From the NCBI RefSeq assembly GCF_009914755.1, contig NC_060932.1: DNA of 64,000 nt. The stretch is one strand, 5' to 3'. Shown here in pieces: positions 14,508 through 28,899 of the stretch. The position numbers were made by a program, and so were the translations under genes. Under the pieces are notes generated by a model. That model did not search any database and was not told the DNA's origin. It saw nothing but the letters and a program-made list of their open reading frames with translations. How positions within the stretch are numbered: the stretch's first letter is position 1; the number at the start of each line of letters is the position of its first letter. This DNA comes from the human T2T-CHM13v2.0 reference genome, Homo sapiens.

Positions 14508-17500
14508 GATTATAAAACAACTAGAAAAATAACAAAATGAAGGTAGTGAATTCTTACTTATCAATAATAACATTGTGTGTAAATGGGCTAAACTCTCCAA
14601 TCAAGAGACATAGAGTGACTAAATGGATTTTTAAAAAGTCCTAAATATCTGCTGCCTAGAAGAAACACACTTCACTTACAAAGATACACATGGACTGAAA
14701 ATACATGGATGGAAAAAGATATTCCATGCAAAAGGAAACAAGAAAAAAGCAGGAGTGGCTATACTTATATCAGATAAAATAGATTTCAAGACAAAAAAAA
14801 AACATAAAAAGAGACAAAGAAGGTCAATACATGTTGATAAAGGGGTCAATCCAGCAAGAGGATATAAAACTATACATATATATGTACTCAACACCAGAGC
14901 ACTCAAATATATAAAGCAAATATTAGTGCTAAAGAAAGAGATAGATTCTAATACAATTATAGCTGGAGATTTAGCATTCAAGTTTCAGCATCAGACAAGT
15001 TATCCAGATAGAAAATCAACAAAGAAACACTGGACTTAATTAGCAGGATAAGCCAAATGGTCCTAATAGATATTTGCAGATAGAATAAAACTAGAAATAG
15101 ATAACAAGAGGATAAATACATGATAATTAAGCAATATGCTCCTGAATGACCAGTGGATCAATAATGAAATTAAGAAGGAAATTTTAAAATGTCTTGAAAC
15201 AAATGATAATGGAAACATAACATACCAAAACCTATTAGATACAGCAATAGCAGTACTAAAAGGAAAGTTTATAGCAATAAGCTCCTACATCAAAAGAGTA
15301 AAAAAACTTCAAATAAACAATCTAATGATAAATCTTAATAACTAGAAAAGCAAGAGCAAACCAAACCTAAAATTCGTAGAAACAATAGAGATCAGAGCAG
15401 AAATAAAGAAAATTGAAACAAAAAAAATACAAAAGTTCAACAAAATGAAAATTTGTGTTTCAAAAAGAAGCAAAATAAACAAACCTTATGTCATACTAAG
15501 ATACAAAAAGAGATGACTCAAACGAATAAAATCAGAGATGGAAAAGGAGATATTACAACTGATACCACAGAAATTCAAAGGATCATTAGATGCTACTGTG
15601 AGCAACTATATGCCAAGAAACTGGAAAACCTAAAAGAAATGAATCAATTACTAGACACATACAACCTACCAACATTGAAACATAAAGAAATCCAAAACCT
15701 TAATACACCAATAACAAGTAATGAGATTGTGGCCATAATAAAATGTCTTCCAGCAAAGAAAAACTTGGGACCCAATGGATTCAGTTGATTTTACCAAATA
15801 TTTAAAGAAGAGCAAATACTAATCTTACTCAAAGTAGTCCAAAAAATAGAGGATGAGGGTATATGTCCAAACTCATTCTACAAGGACAATAGTATCCTGA
15901 TATCAAAACGAGACAAAGACACATCAGAAAAAGAAAGCTATAGGCCAATATGTTTGATGAACATTGATGTAAAAATCCTCAACAAAATACTCCCAAACCT
16001 AATTCAACAATGCATTAAAGAGATCATTCATTATGACCAAGTGGCATTCATCTCAGGGATGCAAAGATGGTTCAACATCTGCATACCAATTAATGTGATA
16101 TAGCATATTAATAGAATGAAGAACAAATCTATATAGTTATTTCAATTAACAATGAACAATCATTTGATAAAATTCAACATCCTTTCATGATAAAAACCCA
16201 CAAAAATGAGTATAGAAGGAACATACATCAACAGAATAAAAGCCATATACAACAGACACACAGGTAGTATAATACTAAATAGGAAAAAAATGAAAGCATT
16301 TCTTCTAAGATCTGGAGCAAGTCAAGGATACCCACTTTCACCACTATTATTCAACATAGTACCAGAAATTGTAGCTGGAACAATAAGACAAGGGAAAGAA
16401 ATAAAGGGCATCCAAGTTGGAAAGAAAGAAGTCACATTATCTTCATTTACATGCAATATAAATTTATATTTGGAAAAATCTAAAGAGTCTACCAAAAACC
16501 TGTTAGAACTGATTTTAAAATTCAGCAAAGTTTCAGGATAATAAAATCAACAGGCAAAAATCAGTAGCATTTCTATCTGCCAACAATCTGAAAAAGCAAT
16601 CAAGACAAGTGAACAATCTGAAAAAGCAATTAAGACAGTAATCCCATTTATGATAGCTACAAATAAAATAAAATACCTAGGAATAAATTTAATCAAAGAA
16701 GTGAAAGATCTCTACAATGAAAATTATAAAACAGTTACGCAAGACATTTAAAAGAACAGGAAAAAAAGGAAAGATATATTACATTTATGGATTAGAATAA
16801 TCAGTATTATTAACATGTCTATAAAGCAATCTGCAGATTTAATGCAATCCCTATCAAAATACCAATGACATTCTTCACAGAAAAAGAAAAAATAATCCTA
16901 AAATGTATATGGAACCACAAAAGACCCAGAATTGCCAAAGCCATCCTGAGCAAAAAGAACAAATCTAGAGGAATCACATTACTTGACTTCAAATTATACT
17001 ACAGAGCTATAGTAACCAAAACAGCATGGTAGTGGCAATAAAAACAGACACACAGACCAAGAAAACAGAATCAAGAACCCAGAAATAAATCCATACATTT
17101 GCAATGAACTCATTTTCAACAAAGATGCCAAGAACATACACTGGGGAAAGGACAGTCTCTTGGATAAATGGTGCTGAGAAAACCTGATGTTCATATGCAG
17201 AAGAAGGAAGCTAGACCCTTATCTCTTGCCATAGGCATAAAACCAGATCAAAATGAATTAAAGGCTTAAATTTAAGACCTGAAACTACTAAAAGGAAACA
17301 CTGGGGAAACTCTCAGGACATTGGTCTGGGCAAACATTTCTTATTTATTACCCCAAAAGCACAGGCAGCCAAAGCAAAAAGGGACAAATGAAATTATGTC
17401 AAGTTTAAAAGCTTTTGCTGTGGCAAAGGAGGCAGGGTGAAGAGAAAACACACAAAATGGGAGAAAATATTTGCAAACTATCTATTTGACAAAGGCTTAA

Positions 17501-17709
17501 CAACTAGAATATATATACAACTCAATAGGAAAAAAAAAACCAATAATCTGAATAAAAAATGGGCAAAGATCTAATCTGAATAGATATTTCTCAAAAGAAG
17601 ACATGCAAATGGAAAACATGTATATGATAAGGTGCTCAACATCATTGATTATTAGAGAAATGCAAATCAAAGCTACAGTGAGATATCATGTCACTCTGAT
17701 AAAAAAGAC

Positions 17710-18246
17710 TTTTTTTATTATTATACTCTAAGTTCTGGGATACATGTGCAGAATGTTCAGGTTTGTTACATAGGCATACACGTGTCATGGTGGTTTGCTG
17801 CATGCATAAACCCAAAATCTACATTAGGTATTTCTCCTAATGTTATCCCTCCCTAGCCCCTCACCTCCCGACAGGCCCTGGTGTGTGATGTCCTCCCTGT
17901 GTCCATGTGCTCTCGTTGTTCAACTCCCACTTATGAGTGAGAACATGCAGTGTTTGGTTTTCTGTTCCTGTGTTAGTTGGCTGAGAATAATGGTTTCCAG
18001 CTTCATCCAGGTCCCTGCAAAGGACATGAACTCATCCTTTTTTGTGGCTGCATAGTATTCCATGGTGAATATGTGCCACATTTTCTTAATCCAGTCTATC
18101 ATTGATGGGCATTTGGGTTGGTTCCAAGTCTTTGCTATTGTGAATAGTGTTGCAAGAAACATATGTGTGCCTGTGTCTTTATAGTAGAATGATTTATATT
18201 CCTTTTAGCATCTACCCAGTAATGGGATTGCTGGGTCAAATGATAT
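17710..18246 (-). mobile_element. 5'-truncated L1PA (L1PA7-like) 3' end inserted antisense within the L1MA2
   Basis: T-tail followed by ttatactctaagttctgggatacatgtgcag...; minus-strand ORF TIAKTWNQPKCPSMIDWIKKMWHI is the ORF2 C-terminus. Confidence 0.9.
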
Positions 18247-20478
18247 AAAAATGAATTTCTTCCAAATTTTATCCAAAAAACAGGCAATAGTGAATGGTGA
18301 ATTCTGGCAAGGATGTGGAGAAAAGAGAACTCTCATACACTGTTGGTGAGAATGTAAATTATTACTATGGAGAACAGTATGGAGGTACCTCAAAATACTG
18401 CTAGGTATGTACCCAAAAGAAAGAAAATCAGGTTATTTAAGATATATCTGCACTCCCATATTTGTCGCAGCACTATTCACAATAGCCAACATTTGGAATC
18501 AACCTAAGTGTTCATCAACAGATGAAGGGATAAAAAAACTGTGCTGCATATACACAATGGAGTATTATTCAGCCAGATAAAAGGTGAGCTCCTGTCATTT
18601 GGAACAACATAGATGGAACTGGAGGACAACATGTAAAGTGAAATAAGCCAGGCACAGAAAGACAAACTTCACACATTCTCACTCATTTGTGGAAGCTAAA
18701 AATTGAACAGTTGAACTCATGGAGATAGAGAGTAGAATGATGGTAACCAGAGGCTGGGAATGAAAGTGGGGTGGTCGGGAGAGGAGGTATGTGGTGGTGA
18801 CTGGATACAAAAATACAGTTAGATTGAATGAATAAGATCTTGTATTTAATAGCAGAACAGGGTGACTACAGTGAAAAATAATTTAATGTACATTTTAAAA
18901 TAATTAAAAGAGTTTTATTGGAATGTTTGTTAACACAAAGAAATGACAAATGTTTGAAGTGATGGATACCCCACTTACCCTGATGCACTTATTATACACT
19001 GTAGGCCTGTATCAAAATATCTCATTTATCCATAAATTTATATCCCTACCATGTACCCATAAAAATGAAAAATTAAATTTTTGTTTTAAAAAAGTCTCTT
19101 TCAGCTCCAATGTTCTATGATTCCCCTACTTTAATAAATACTGACCCTTGTCTTCAGGGGAAAATTGGGAAACCTGCATACATGAAAAGGGAGGAGTGTT
19201 CTTTTGCCTGCATTGGAGAAATGGACATCTTTTGTCATCATAGCTATATACATGCCTTTTACACCAAATCATGGCATGTTCTTTCCTGTCTTTCAGCTTT
19301 ATCTAGTACTACTCCTAAAACACCTCTCTCTCCATTCCCACCACGCATCCTAGAATTCTCTCAGCTCCAATGGAACCACTTGCACACATTGGTTATGCTG
19401 CCCCAGTTCCCACCTCCTACTTAGCCACAGGTCTCATTCAAAGTTCACCGCCTCTGGAAATCTTTCCTTGAAGGCTGCATTAGGTGTCTTATTATAGTCT
19501 CCAAAAAACACATTCTGTTTTTCATTTTTAGTATTAATCGCACTTAAAATTATTTTTAAGTATCAGTCTTTGTCCCACTAAACTGAAAATAATGACTAAG
19601 TCTTTTATATTTTACAATGTACCCTATCCCCTTCACAATGCCTGGCACATAGAGGAAACTCTATAAAATATTTTTAAATTGACATAACTTTTAATATTCT
19701 ACTACCACTCATTCTAATTCTTGGCATGTAGAAACAAAAGGCTTAGTTCTCACAGCAGGTTGGGACAAACAAAATTAAGTTAGACATTTTAGAAGCAGTT
19801 GTTTTCTGAAAGAACTTGGTATATTGAATGTAAAATAAAATAAACCTCTAAGTTAATAAAGAGCAAGAACAAACAGAATCAACCTTACTCAAATATAAAC
19901 ATTTTCATGAGTCATGCTTAAAAGCCCTCTTTATTCTGAGAGGCAGATGGAAATGTTATCAAAAAATTCCCACACAAAATATCACATGTGACTTGGTAAT
20001 TTTTCCTAGGCAAAAGAAATTGTGTCTTACAGACTCCAGGATTTGTTTTTTAATAAAAATTATATAAAGAGACATCTCAAAAGATACAAAAATGTGAAAA
20101 CCCAAGTCTTTCTTGGCTCAGTGCTAAGAGACCATCATCAGACAATAAGGTATCAAATTTGTGCAGCAAGTTCTGAGAGAGAGTGTCTCAGGATTCATAC
20201 AAAGAACATTTGTCCCATTTAAGGTATCTCAGTTTACTACAATGAATCAATATTGAGTGCAATATTTTTGGATAGCACAATAAATATATCAATATCAAAT
20301 TTAATAAAAGTATGCTAGAACTCAAAAGAAATGCAGAGACTACTTAATCTAAGCTTCTAGTTTTAGGATATGGAAACTGTCCTTACAGCAAACACTAAAT
20401 CAGCAATGCATATGGAACACTACAGAGAAAAACAATTATTTAAATAAATGAGTTTTGACTCCAATCTAATTGTATGAA

Positions 20479-20598
20479 CACTGAAATGTATCTGTGTAAC
20501 ATGCTTATATTATGTTAGTATATGACAGATAATTCAGTCACTGAAATGTATCTGTGTAACATGCTTATATTATGTTAGTATATGACAGATAATTCAGT
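20479..20598. repeat. Perfect 2x60-bp tandem duplication
   Basis: cactgaaatgtatctgtgtaacatgcttatattatgttagtatatgacagataattcagt repeated exactly. Confidence 0.97.
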
Positions 20599-22009
20599 TC
20601 CTAAGAAACTAGAAATTTCAGTTTTACTTTTCACTTAATTAAACAAAGTTTTTATTATTGACATAATGCTGTTTTAAAGAAACGTCAAATCATAATTTTA
20701 GGATTTTCTATAGATGACTTTGATCCCACTAAATTGGATTTCACTTGAGTTAAAGGATAGAATATGGGGAAATATTTGTAAAATAAAAAAGATATAACTA
20801 TGCCTTACATAATTTTATTTTACTAAATTGATTTGTACCACTAGAAAACTAATGAATGCATGGGAATATTGGGGAATTACAAACTTTAAACAGTCCTGAC
20901 AGATATTTATTATTCATTCATTATTAGTTTTCTGCTTTAATACACATTTTTATTATTAAAAGTTAAGAATCAACTTTTAATAGTACAGTAATTATTTAAT
21001 ATTAAAAGCCATTTGGGTTTTACATTAACCAATCTCTTTTACAGATTACAGATTGATATATTTATTTATTGTGGTAAGTACTGTGGGGTTGCAATGATGT
21101 ATAGTATAGGATCTCTGTTTATATGTGCTAACTAGACAAATAAATATACATAAAAACGACTCTTGCCAGATATCATTTCATTTCTCCACTATACAAATAT
21201 ATGGTGAAAACATTTTTTAAACCTGACTCTAATCAGGAATATAGCAAAGGTAAATCTTGGGATTCTACAAATGGTAGGATTTTTTGAGAAATACTCTAAT
21301 TAAGTTTTGGAAAATAGCAAATAAATGGAACAAAAGTGAAAAAAAATCATATATATGGAGAAAAAGAAAGATGTTTCCAGTTTCAAAAAAAAAAAATCAG
21401 TTCCTCACAAAAGAGCAAGTCAGATATTTCTTAGGCATGTACCACCAGGATTAAGTGGTTGATTATAATGAATTTTCACTTTGTACAACTTTGCATAAGC
21501 CTGAGTATTTTAAAGGAAAATGGAAAAATGAATGCAATTTTCAGCCCTTTGTTTGGTGCTTGGATATAAATTTCCCCTATCGTAATCTCTATTATATCTT
21601 TGACATTCTTGTTTGTAACCGATATAACCTACTGAGAAAAAAAAGAACAAACCTTCAACTCTGCAGAGTATAACCACTTCAACATTTAAAAAATGAATTG
21701 TGAGAATATTTTCTTCTCTTCTACTTACTCATTTTGAATGAAACATTGTTCTTGCCTTTTTAATTGTTGAAAATATTCTGCTTATAATCTTTTTCTTATT
21801 CTCTCAAAATAGAAATACCATTGAAATAATACAGCTTACACTAGCGTTCAGTTTGAAATGATAATTGGTAATATTAACACATTTGTTTACAGATTCATTG
21901 AGATATGATGAACAATAAACCACTCATATTTAAAGTATACAGTTTGATAAATTTTCACACATATATGCATTGGTGAAACCATCACCACTGACAAGATAAT
22001 GAACATTAA

Positions 22010-22307
22010 GGCCAGGCACGGTGGCTCACGCCTGTAACCTCAGGTCTTTGGGAAGCTGAGGCTGGAGGATCACTTGAGCCCAAGAGTTCGAGACCAGCCT
22101 GGGCAATGTGGTGAAACTCCATCTCTATAAAAAATACAAAAATTAGCCATGCATGGTGGCACGTGCCTGTTGTCCCAGCTACTCGGGAGGCTGAGGTAGG
22201 AGGATTACTTGAGGATCACTTGAGAGAGTGCAGTGAGCTGAGATTGTGCCACTGCACTCCAACCTGGGTGACAGAGGCATATCCTGTGAAAAAAAAAAAA
22301 AAAAAAA
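22010..22307 (+). mobile_element. AluJ-type element
   Basis: ggccaggcacggtggctcacgcc...ggaggatcacttgagccc...cagcctgggcaa (J-type diagnostics), with a poly-A tail. Confidence 0.93.
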
Positions 22308-23184
22308 GGAACTAATGTGTCTATCACCCAGTAAAAGTTTCTCCAGCCTGTTGCTAATCTATCCCTTCCTTCATCCAAGTGCCCAGAAAACATAATCTGC
22401 TTTCAGTCACTATAGATTTTGTTAGCATTTTCTAGAATTTTAAATAAATAACATCCTTCTCTTTTTCATCTGGCTTATTTTACTCAGCATATTGATATTG
22501 ATTTTCATTCATGTTGCATGTGTTAAGAGTATTTTCTTTTTTATTGATGAGTAGTATTCTATTGTGTAGACATCCCCAATTTTTGTTATATACTCACCTA
22601 TAAATGGACATTTGGATTGTTTCCAGTTTGTAGAAATTTTAAAAAATCTACTATGTATATTCTCATACAAGTCTTTATATGGACAATTGATTTCATTTCT
22701 CTTGGGAAAATGTCTAAGAGTAAAAAGGCTGGGTTGTGAGGTAGACATATGTTTAAGAAATTGCCAAGCTGTTTTCCAAAATGGTTATACCATTTTTATC
22801 TTCCTTCTAACAGTGTATGAGAGTTCCAGTTATTCCGCTTCCTTGCCAAGCCAACATTTTTTAATCTTCACCACTCTAGTGGGTATGTAGTAGTATCTCT
22901 TTGTAGTTGTAATTTACATTACCTTAATAACAATGATGTTGAACATTTTTTCATACACTTTCTAGCCATCTGTATCTCTTCTTTGTGAAGTGTTTCATCA
23001 ACTCTTTTACTGATTTTAAATTGGTTTGTTTGCTTTATTCTGAATACAGGTCCTTTATTAAATATGTTTCTGCAAATATTCTTATCCAGCCTGTGATTTG
23101 AAATTCATTTGCTTAACAGTGACTTTTGATGATCAAATACTTTTAATTTTGATGAAGTCCAATTTATCAATTTTTTTAATATCT

Positions 23185-23549
23185 TAGTTTTCTCCTTTAC
23201 TATTATAAAATTCCATAGCCTGAGCAGCTTATGTGACAAAAATTTATTTCTCACAATCTGGAGGCTGTGAATTCCAAGATCAGGGTGCCAGAATAGTTGG
23301 GTTCTGGTGAGGGCTCTTTTTCTGGCTTGCAGATGGTTCGTTTCTAGCTGTATCCACACATGGTGAAGAGAGACAGAGTGGTCTCTGGTTCATATAAGGG
23401 CACTAATCTCATCAAGAAGGACTCATTCTTATGATCTCATCTAAACCTAATTCTTTCCCAAAGGCCTCATCTCTAGACACCATCATATATGGGGGTTAGA
23501 GGTTCAACATATAAATTTGGGAGGAATATAAATATTCAGCTCATAACAG
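23185..23549 (-). mobile_element. MLT1A-like MaLR LTR
   Basis: atttatttctcacaatctggaggctg...ccaagatcagggtgccag...attcagctcataaca. Confidence 0.8.
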
Positions 23550-24049
23550 ATAGCATGCTTTTGGTCCCCTAAGATAATTTTTCCTAAGCTAAGGTAACTA
23601 GGCTTTTCTTCTATGTTTTATTCCAAAAGTTGTATAGCTTTAGCTCTTAAACTTAGGTCTATAATACATTGCAAGTTGATTATTGTATATTGCATGAGTT
23701 AACAGTTAATTTTTTTTGAATGTGGCTATACATCTGTTTCTGCACCATTTAAAAAATATGTATCTTTTCTGATTCAAATCTCTAGCTTCTTTGTTGAAAA
23801 TCAATTGGCCATAATATGTGGGTCTATTTCTGAACTATTCATAACAAAAATCTTAAGGGTGAAAAAATCATTTAAAACATTTATAGAAAGTTTACAGAAA
23901 ACATTTACTACACAATATGGTTTGAGTGATGAGAAACAATTGTTTCTTTCTGCCATTATCAATCATATAAGGACAAAGGAATTGATGCTACTTCTGAAAC
24001 ACGTTAATTTTTCTCATGATTTGAGAACAAAACTGAATGGGAATACAAC

Positions 24050-24190
24050 TTACTGTGTGTATATAAATATGTAAACATATTTATATTGCTAATATATTAA
24101 TTTAATATATTACATATTAAATTAATATATTAATTAAATATATTAATTTATATACTATATAAATATTATATATAAATATATAATATATAA
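24050..24190. repeat. AT-rich low-complexity tract
   Basis: Almost purely A/T (atattaatttaatatat...). Confidence 0.8.
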
Positions 24191-24468
24191 AATGGCATTA
24201 AGACACAGGTGCTAAGATAAAGAAATTTGCTCATGATGAATATATACTGGTAGCAGAAGGTAATCCTCATATTTCTATGTTTCCTTTGCTGAAAAAAAAA
24301 GAGCATAGTGAACATTAATTAACTCACATATAACTGTTCCTTCCTGTGGGTACACATTTTTTCTTGGGCCCATCTGCACTGTATTTCCATGTTAACATAT
24401 TTTTAAAATAAAGAAAGACATGTATCTGAAAGCATTGAACTATAGTATAGACTATTTCTTCTTACTGT

Positions 24469-24883
24469 TGTTAAAATAAAAACTTGCAGCAAATTAAAAT
24501 TAACAAAGTTTAACTGAGCAAAGAATGATTCGCAAATCTGGAAGCTCCCAAAACAAACAAACAAAAAAAGGTTTGCAGAGACTTCAGCACTCCTGCATAG
24601 TCAAAGATTTATGGACAGAAAAAGGAAAGTGATGCACAGAAAATGGAAGTGAGGTACGGAAATAGCTGGATTGGTTACAGCATGACTGTAATAAAACCTT
24701 ATTTGAACGTGGTTTGAATAGTTGGCTGCCTTTGATTGGCCAGAACTCAGTGATTGGTAAAAGAAGAAGTCACATCCTGTTTACTCATTCAGGTAAGTTA
24801 TGGTTCACTGTGTATGGAGAAACCTTTAAGCTGAACTTAAAATATGTATAAAGAGGAAGATTTAGACTAAACTTAATTTAACA
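24469..24883 (-). mobile_element. ERV1 solo LTR (MER57-like)
   Basis: TG...CA ends with a perfect 4-bp TSD CTGT (24465-68 / 24884-87). Contains several ATTGG (CCAAT) boxes. Confidence 0.8.
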
Positions 24884-25252
24884 CTGTGTTGAAATAATTA
24901 AACAAAGACATAACAAATGTGTTTATCAGGGTTCATTTAGTTGAGAGGCTAATTTAGTGACAGAAACTGAACTCACCATGTCTTAAAAAAGAAGTTTATA
25001 GCCTCACACAATTGAAAGACCAAGTTCCTTTCAGGAACTGCTAAATTTAGGAGTTCCAATTATGTCCACAATGCTATGTCTTTCTTTCTATTCATTGGTT
25101 CTGCCATGCCTCTATCAGCAAGTTATTAATATTAAAAAAAAGTTATACCAGTATCACCAAGTGAAATCACCCTTAGAATTTACCACCTTAGAAAAAATAT
25201 TTTCTTTTACCCAGAAACTATATCAATTGCCCCAGATGCTGGACTGATAAAC

Positions 25253-25589
<337 letters not shown>

Positions 25590-25849
25590 TGATTAGTTTG
25601 GCCCAAACCTGTAGAGCTGTACAGAATTAGGAGAAATAAGGTTTATCAGAGTCTAGAATAGTTCAGTCACTAGTACAAAAAGAAAGAACTGCCAGTCAGG
25701 GATAAAAGCAGATGCAGTCAAAGAGAGAAAGAGAAAAAAATTACCCCCTTGAAATTAACGTACCCATAAGTAAAATATCGGTATGCTATATCTTTATTAT
25801 TTTTTTCAAAGAAACTTTTGTTAAAAAAGAAAATGTACATGAAATGTCC

Positions 25850-26930
25850 ATATATTTGAAAATTATTGTGTATGACCTGGAAATTTTTCTAACAAAATAT
25901 AAGTGACCAGCATTAATTGAAGAAGAGATCTGAAGAGATTTATAGTCAAAGGAACAAAAATTAAATTTGTTAAATATTTACTTTTAAGTAAAAACGTCCA
26001 GATAGTTTTATGGCTAGGGTCTTTCTTACTCTAAAAAACATGTAACTTTTATGTTTGTTATTCATACTATTCCAAGTCACTGACAAATTTCCTGACTCAT
26101 TCTTTAATACTACCATATTCTAAAACTCAAATTTTATAAAACCAACACAAAAAGAAACTCTAATTCAAATTCACAAATATAATTATTTTAGTCAAACTGT
26201 TAGCAAATTGATCCCAGGGTGTACTAAGGGATTGGTCATCATGTTCAAGGTTTTATTACAGAAATGAAAGTTTGTCCCAGTACTGGAAAAAAAAACTATG
26301 AATACAGTTAAAGGAGAGACATAATTAAATACATGATTGTGTCAATGGATACAGAAAAATGTTTGACTAGAAGTTAGATGAAATGTATTTGAACTCTCTG
26401 CAGTTGGTAAAGATTCTTTTCCACATACCCTTGTCAAGTATATTAAATGTTCAAATATAAATTCACTGCCATCCAAAGAAGAATAAGACAGAAATGCTAG
26501 CTCTCATCACTATAATTTAATGGAATTTTGAGGGGTCCAATCTTCTCCTACAATAGACCTCTGGCAAAAATTATAAGATTGAGGATGAAGACAAATATGC
26601 TGAGGATGGTAGAGGGAATTCAAGAACGCACCTGAGTCTCAGATAAAAATAACATTGGTGTATACCCTCTAGACATGTCATGTGGCAACAGTAAACACAT
26701 GTTTGTTTAAGCCACAATTAGTTGGGTTTTCTGTAATATGCCAATACATGTCTTCCTAATTATTACAATGCCTAATCATGAAATAATTAAAATTAACAAA
26801 AGCATTAAATACTGTGGCCAAATACCACACAAGTATACAAAAATCAAAAATTTTTCTTTATAAAAGTAATAATCAGTTAGCATTCCTAAATAATTCAAGT
26901 CTTAAGAAATACCAAGTAACTATATGAAAA
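25850..26930 (+). mobile_element. Highly decayed L1M ORF2 remnant, with a probable MLT1 piece at ~26560-26760
   Basis: ccagatagttttatggc...aatttcctgactcattc...; ccacacaagtatacaaaaatcaaa motifs. Confidence 0.45.
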
Positions 26931-27227
26931 TAAAAAAAAATGCACACATCTCCTATGTGAAATCAGATGGTTTTTGTCTGTGTGTGTGGTTGTGCATGTG
27001 CACGTGCATGCCTATGTTTTATTTTGATGTGTACCTGATGAGCTAAGGGGAGCTCAGTAATTTAACTCAGTCTTTTGGTGTTCTCCTGCTCTTCACACTG
27101 ATTAGGGTTTCCAGCTTTTCCTAAAAATCTCTCAAAATCACTTAGGATATAATATTGCATAATGGAAAAAAGAATGAAGTCAGTAAACTCAGAGTTGCAA
27201 CTATATTCTGCAATATGATTATGATTA

Positions 27228-27500
27228 ACCATTCATGTTCATTCATTTATTCAGGCATCCCACAAATATTTGTTGTTTGCTTTCTGTATGTTAGGCATCA
27301 GGCTAGATTCTGGGAATACAGCAATAAACAAAGCAGACCAAACTTCCTATCATCATGGTGCTTAAATCCTAGTCAGTTTTCTCATCTGTAAAAATGAGTA
27401 ATAATTCTTACCTCTTATCGTTCTAATCAGATTTAATGAGTTAATGTAGGCAAAATAATTGGAATATGCAAGGCTCTTCATAACTGTTAATTATTGCTCT
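27228..27500. mobile_element. L2 3' end (-) abutting a MIR core (+)
   Basis: cattcatttattc...caaatatttg...ggctagattctgggaatacagc (L2) and cagttttctcatctgtaaaaatg (MIR). Confidence 0.7.
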
Positions 27501-28899
27501 AATGTTCCTTAAGCTAAGACAAAGTTGAAAATATATCCAAAAAGTAGCTCAATGTTAATGGATGTTAATGTGTCCATTGAAAAGAACTCTCTTTTTTTCT
27601 TGCATTCTGATTAATATGCATTTGGAATAATGACCCTATAAAAACAACAAAACAAAACTAATGTTTCTAAGGGAAATGGGGCAAGGTGGACAGCTAGGTT
27701 ATACTTCCTTTTCAGCAAGACATTTAGTTCACATCTTAAATAATAGTTTTGGCAAACAAAAAAAATCTCCTGTGAATCAGAATGGCCACGACTTTGTTAC
27801 ATCTACAAGGATGTTACTGATTTTTAAAAGTTAGGAATATCATTAACTACCCAAGAGGTTGGTGGCATTTTATTCATTTATGCTATGGTATACAGTAATC
27901 AGCACACTGTCATGAACAGAAACACGAAATGAATCCTAGTTGAATAAAAATTAACTAAATTTAGAATTAAGGACTGTTTTCTTGATTTGCAACATTTGTT
28001 GCTTTTTATGTTTTAAAATAGACATTTTCCAAACTCCATAGAAAAAAGCATTCATAGTTCCACAGATTTAAAGCAGAAGTTCTAAAGTTAATGACAACTT
28101 AATCAGGTAATTATGTACTATTTTACATTCATACATAAATTTTTGTTCCTCTCTCAATAGTACAGTCTTAGAACAGTCATTTTCAAACTATATGTTTTGG
28201 AGTCCTAAGGTTCTTCCTACATTTGGAGGGAATGAGAAGCAATCAGATCAACTGAAGGTACCAAGTCTTCTTCCCATCCTTGTTCTACCAGAGAAGCCCA
28301 GCTTTTAATCTTTTTTCTATTTTGAGTTTCTAACAGAAGACGTCATTTGAAATTATATTTCCTTTAAAATAAAGTTTCAAAAACACTCTCTTAATTAGTA
28401 AAACACAATTTAGGAATAAAACTATATCACAAAAAACAAGGACTAAATTACACATTTTAGTCACTATGTTTAAAATGTTAAAAATTTGAGACAAACTACT
28501 CAATAAATAGATATATTTAATTTAGAGGACATGTACATTTAATACTGTCTCATGCAAAATCTACAGATTACAAAACCAGAAGATATCTTTAGACAAATCT
28601 GGAAAGGTTTTTAGCAGGTGTTCCATTTAGAACCAACACACTACTCAACAAAGAGCATGGTAATTATGAAAATTATTTTTAGTAGGTGAACTTGCTAAAA
28701 CTATGTGCACATCAAAATTTGTAACTTCTCAACGTGAACCCTACTTCAACTATGAGCTCAGGTTTTAAATTATGTAGAATGCAAAAACATGATTTTCACA
28801 GTACAAAAAAAATCCTGGTAAACTAAACTTTTGAGGACATATTTTGCTTAGTATTACCTAATTTATATAGGCCTAATATAAATACCTAATTTATATAGG

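Larger units (their letters stand above)
11363..19093 (+). mobile_element. Near-full-length L1 (L1MA2-like 3' UTR): 5' UTR, ORF1 and ORF2, decayed; inserted into a MIR
   Basis: ORF1 remnants at 13.3-13.9 kb (RHLIIKLLKVKDKERIL..AREK) and ORF2 remnants at 14.5-18.7 kb (AILISDKIDFK; LLNDQWINNEIKKEI; [13 protein letters not shown]), then an L1MA-type 3' UTR. MIR-like sequence lies on both flanks. Confidence 0.92.
21890..23830 (-). mobile_element. Old L1M (L1MB/MC/ME-type) 3' fragment interrupted by an Alu and an MLT1
   Basis: Antisense L1 3' motifs (tggacatttggattgtttccag; ttttaattttgatgaagtccaatttatc). Minus-strand ORF NWKQSKCPFIGE is ORF2-like. Confidence 0.75.

Noticed and set aside
13556-16541. 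Multiple + strand ORFs
   Set aside because: Decayed L1MA ORF1/ORF2 pieces. The 14245 and 14337 ORFs are translations of the GGAA repeat.
20479-20598. Direct repeats (also 50102-50283) as a CRISPR-like array
   Set aside because: Only two head-to-tail copies with no spacers, in eukaryotic intronic DNA.
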